Part shown: positions 61,989 through 64,000 of the stretch, one piece after another | Numbering within the stretch: the first letter of the stretch is position 1 | Layout: the number at the start of each line of letters is the position of its first letter | Source of the DNA: the human T2T-CHM13v2.0 reference genome, Homo sapiens | Reading direction: 5' to 3' (one strand) | Assembly: GCF_009914755.1 (NCBI RefSeq) | Contig: NC_060941.1 | DNA length: 64,000 nucleotides | Notes under the pieces: model-generated | What the model saw: the letters and a program-made list of their open reading frames with translations, nothing else | Database searches by the model: none | Told to the model about the DNA's origin: nothing | Position numbers and translations under genes: made by a program

Positions 61989-62372
61989 GATGTGGTTCAT
62001 ATTTCAGGGGTCCCGGAAGAGTTGTTTGAGGTTTCTATTTGGCCAAGTCAGGCCCTGGTGGAGTTTGGACAGTCCCTAGTGGTCAACTGCAGCACTACTT
62101 GCCCAGACCCAGGACCCAGTGGAATTGAGACCTTCTTAAAGAAAACTCAGGTGGACAAAGGGCCTCAGTGGAAAGAGTTTCTTCTGGAGGATGTCACAGA
62201 GAATTCCATCCTGCAGTGCTTCTTCTCTTGTGCAGGGATTCAAAAGGACACAAGCCTTGGCATCACTGTGTATTGTGAGTAGGGCTGAGGGCTGGGGGCA
62301 GGGGGATGGAAAGGAGGAATGGGGAAACATGAACATGTCTTATTTAGGGAAGGATGGGACAAATGTTTCTAA

Positions 62373-62745
<373 letters not shown>

Positions 62746-62924
62746 AGCAAGTAGAAGTGAGCCGGGCCCACTTCTACTTCCCTTTGATGTAGGCTTTCTT
62801 CTGAGTTTTAAATTAGGAGCAGACCATAGAGAGCATCCAGATTATCTGTGCTTGAAAATATCTTCAATACAGGAAACATATGCTAATAATGTTTATGGTT
62901 AAATTACCAAAAAGTATAAGATTA

Positions 62925-63222
62925 GCCTGGCCACAGTGGTTCATGCTTTAATCCCAGCACTTTGGGAGGCCAAGGCAGGAGGATCACTTGAGGCCAGGAG
63001 TTTCAGACCAGCTTGAGAAACACAGTGAGACCTCTGTTTCTACAAAAGAAGTTTTTAAAATTAGCCAGGCATAGTGGCGTGCACCTGTGGTCCCAGCTAC
63101 TTGGGAGGCTAAGGTGGGAGGATCCCCGGAGCCTAGAAGTTCAAGCCTGCAGTGATCTATGATCACACCACTGCACTCCAGCCTGGGCAACAGAGTGGGA
63201 TCCTGTCTCTTAAAAAAAAAAA
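62925..63222 (+). mobile_element. Alu (J-like)
   Basis: Sense Alu consensus. Confidence 0.85.
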
Positions 63223-63484
63223 GTATGAAATTAATGCTGAATTGTTTGCTACAAGCTCTTGGAATAAACAGAGATTGGAGAGAGAAGGGTTTTTGTGAGC
63301 TGGGGCAGCCTGAGAAGGCTCCATGGTAGAGGAGGCTCCTGCACTGCCCTCCCCCAGGATAGTTAGGGTTTGAATTGAAGGGGACAGGTGAGGAAGGCCT
63401 TTCAGGTGGGCAAATAACATGGACAAAGATATGGCACGAAAGCAAATGTGGTCTCTATGGGGTCAGAACTTGGTTAGCTATAGT

Positions 63485-63789
63485 TTGGTTTGTTTGTTTG
63501 TTTGTTTTGAGATGGAGTCTTGCTCTGTTGCCCAGGCTGGAGTGCAGTAGCACAATCTTGGCTCACTGCAACCTCTGCCTCCCGGGTTCAAGCAATTCTC
63601 TGCCTCAGCCTCCCGAGCAGCTGGGATTACAGGCACTTGCCACCACACCTGGCTAATTTTTGTATTTTTAGTAGAGACTGGGTTTCACCATCTTGGCCTG
63701 GCTGGTCTGGAACTCCTGACCTCAAGTGATCCGCTTGCCTTGGCCTCCCAAAGTACTGGGATTACAGGCGTGAGCCACTGCACCTGGCC
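63485..63789 (-). mobile_element. Alu
   Basis: Antisense Alu with (GTTT)n tail. Confidence 0.9.
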
Positions 63790-64000
63790 TGCTACAGTAT
63801 AGATTTTATGTGATGCTAAGGAGCCCCCGGAAGCTGCTCTTGCCTCTGAAGCCCCTCTGGTAAGAGATCAATGCTTTCCAGAATGGCAGCAACAGTCAAA
63901 GCAAGGGACTCTCCCTCAGCAGTCACTCTTCTTTGCTATGGCCATAGCCACTTTTGATGCGAAGAAGAAGAGCCAGAAGACTAACTCACCCCATCTAGGG

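Overview
Human (or very close hominid) genomic DNA, Alu-rich, recognisable as the 17q23 cluster upstream of the GH locus. Left to right: the 3' 15 coding exons of DDX42 (+, DEAD-box helicase SF3b125, 5' end outside the window); complete FTSJ3 (-, 20 coding exons, 847 aa); complete PSMC5 (+, 12 exons, 406 aa), sharing a bidirectional promoter with FTSJ3; complete SMARCD2 (-, 13 exons, 531 aa, plus alternative N-termini); then a CpG island and the first exons of the ICAM-family pseudogene TCAM1P (+). Exon chains were assembled by hand from GT-AG boundaries and give continuous frames. The best candidate for an undescribed system is a set of stop-containing candidate exons and cryptic 3' splice sites in repeat-free DDX42 introns; two sit 65-74 nt upstream of constitutive exons with GTAAGT donors, suggesting splicing/NMD autoregulation of this U2 snRNP helicase. 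Other observations: an Alu inserted 7 nt before a TCAM1P acceptor, a germline-type (E2F6/MAX) promoter signature, three apparent template-switch hairpins, a tail-less 37-nt Alu fragment, and a possible stop-free DDX42 circRNA. Repeat boundaries and subfamilies are approximate, and all regulatory calls are inference from motifs.
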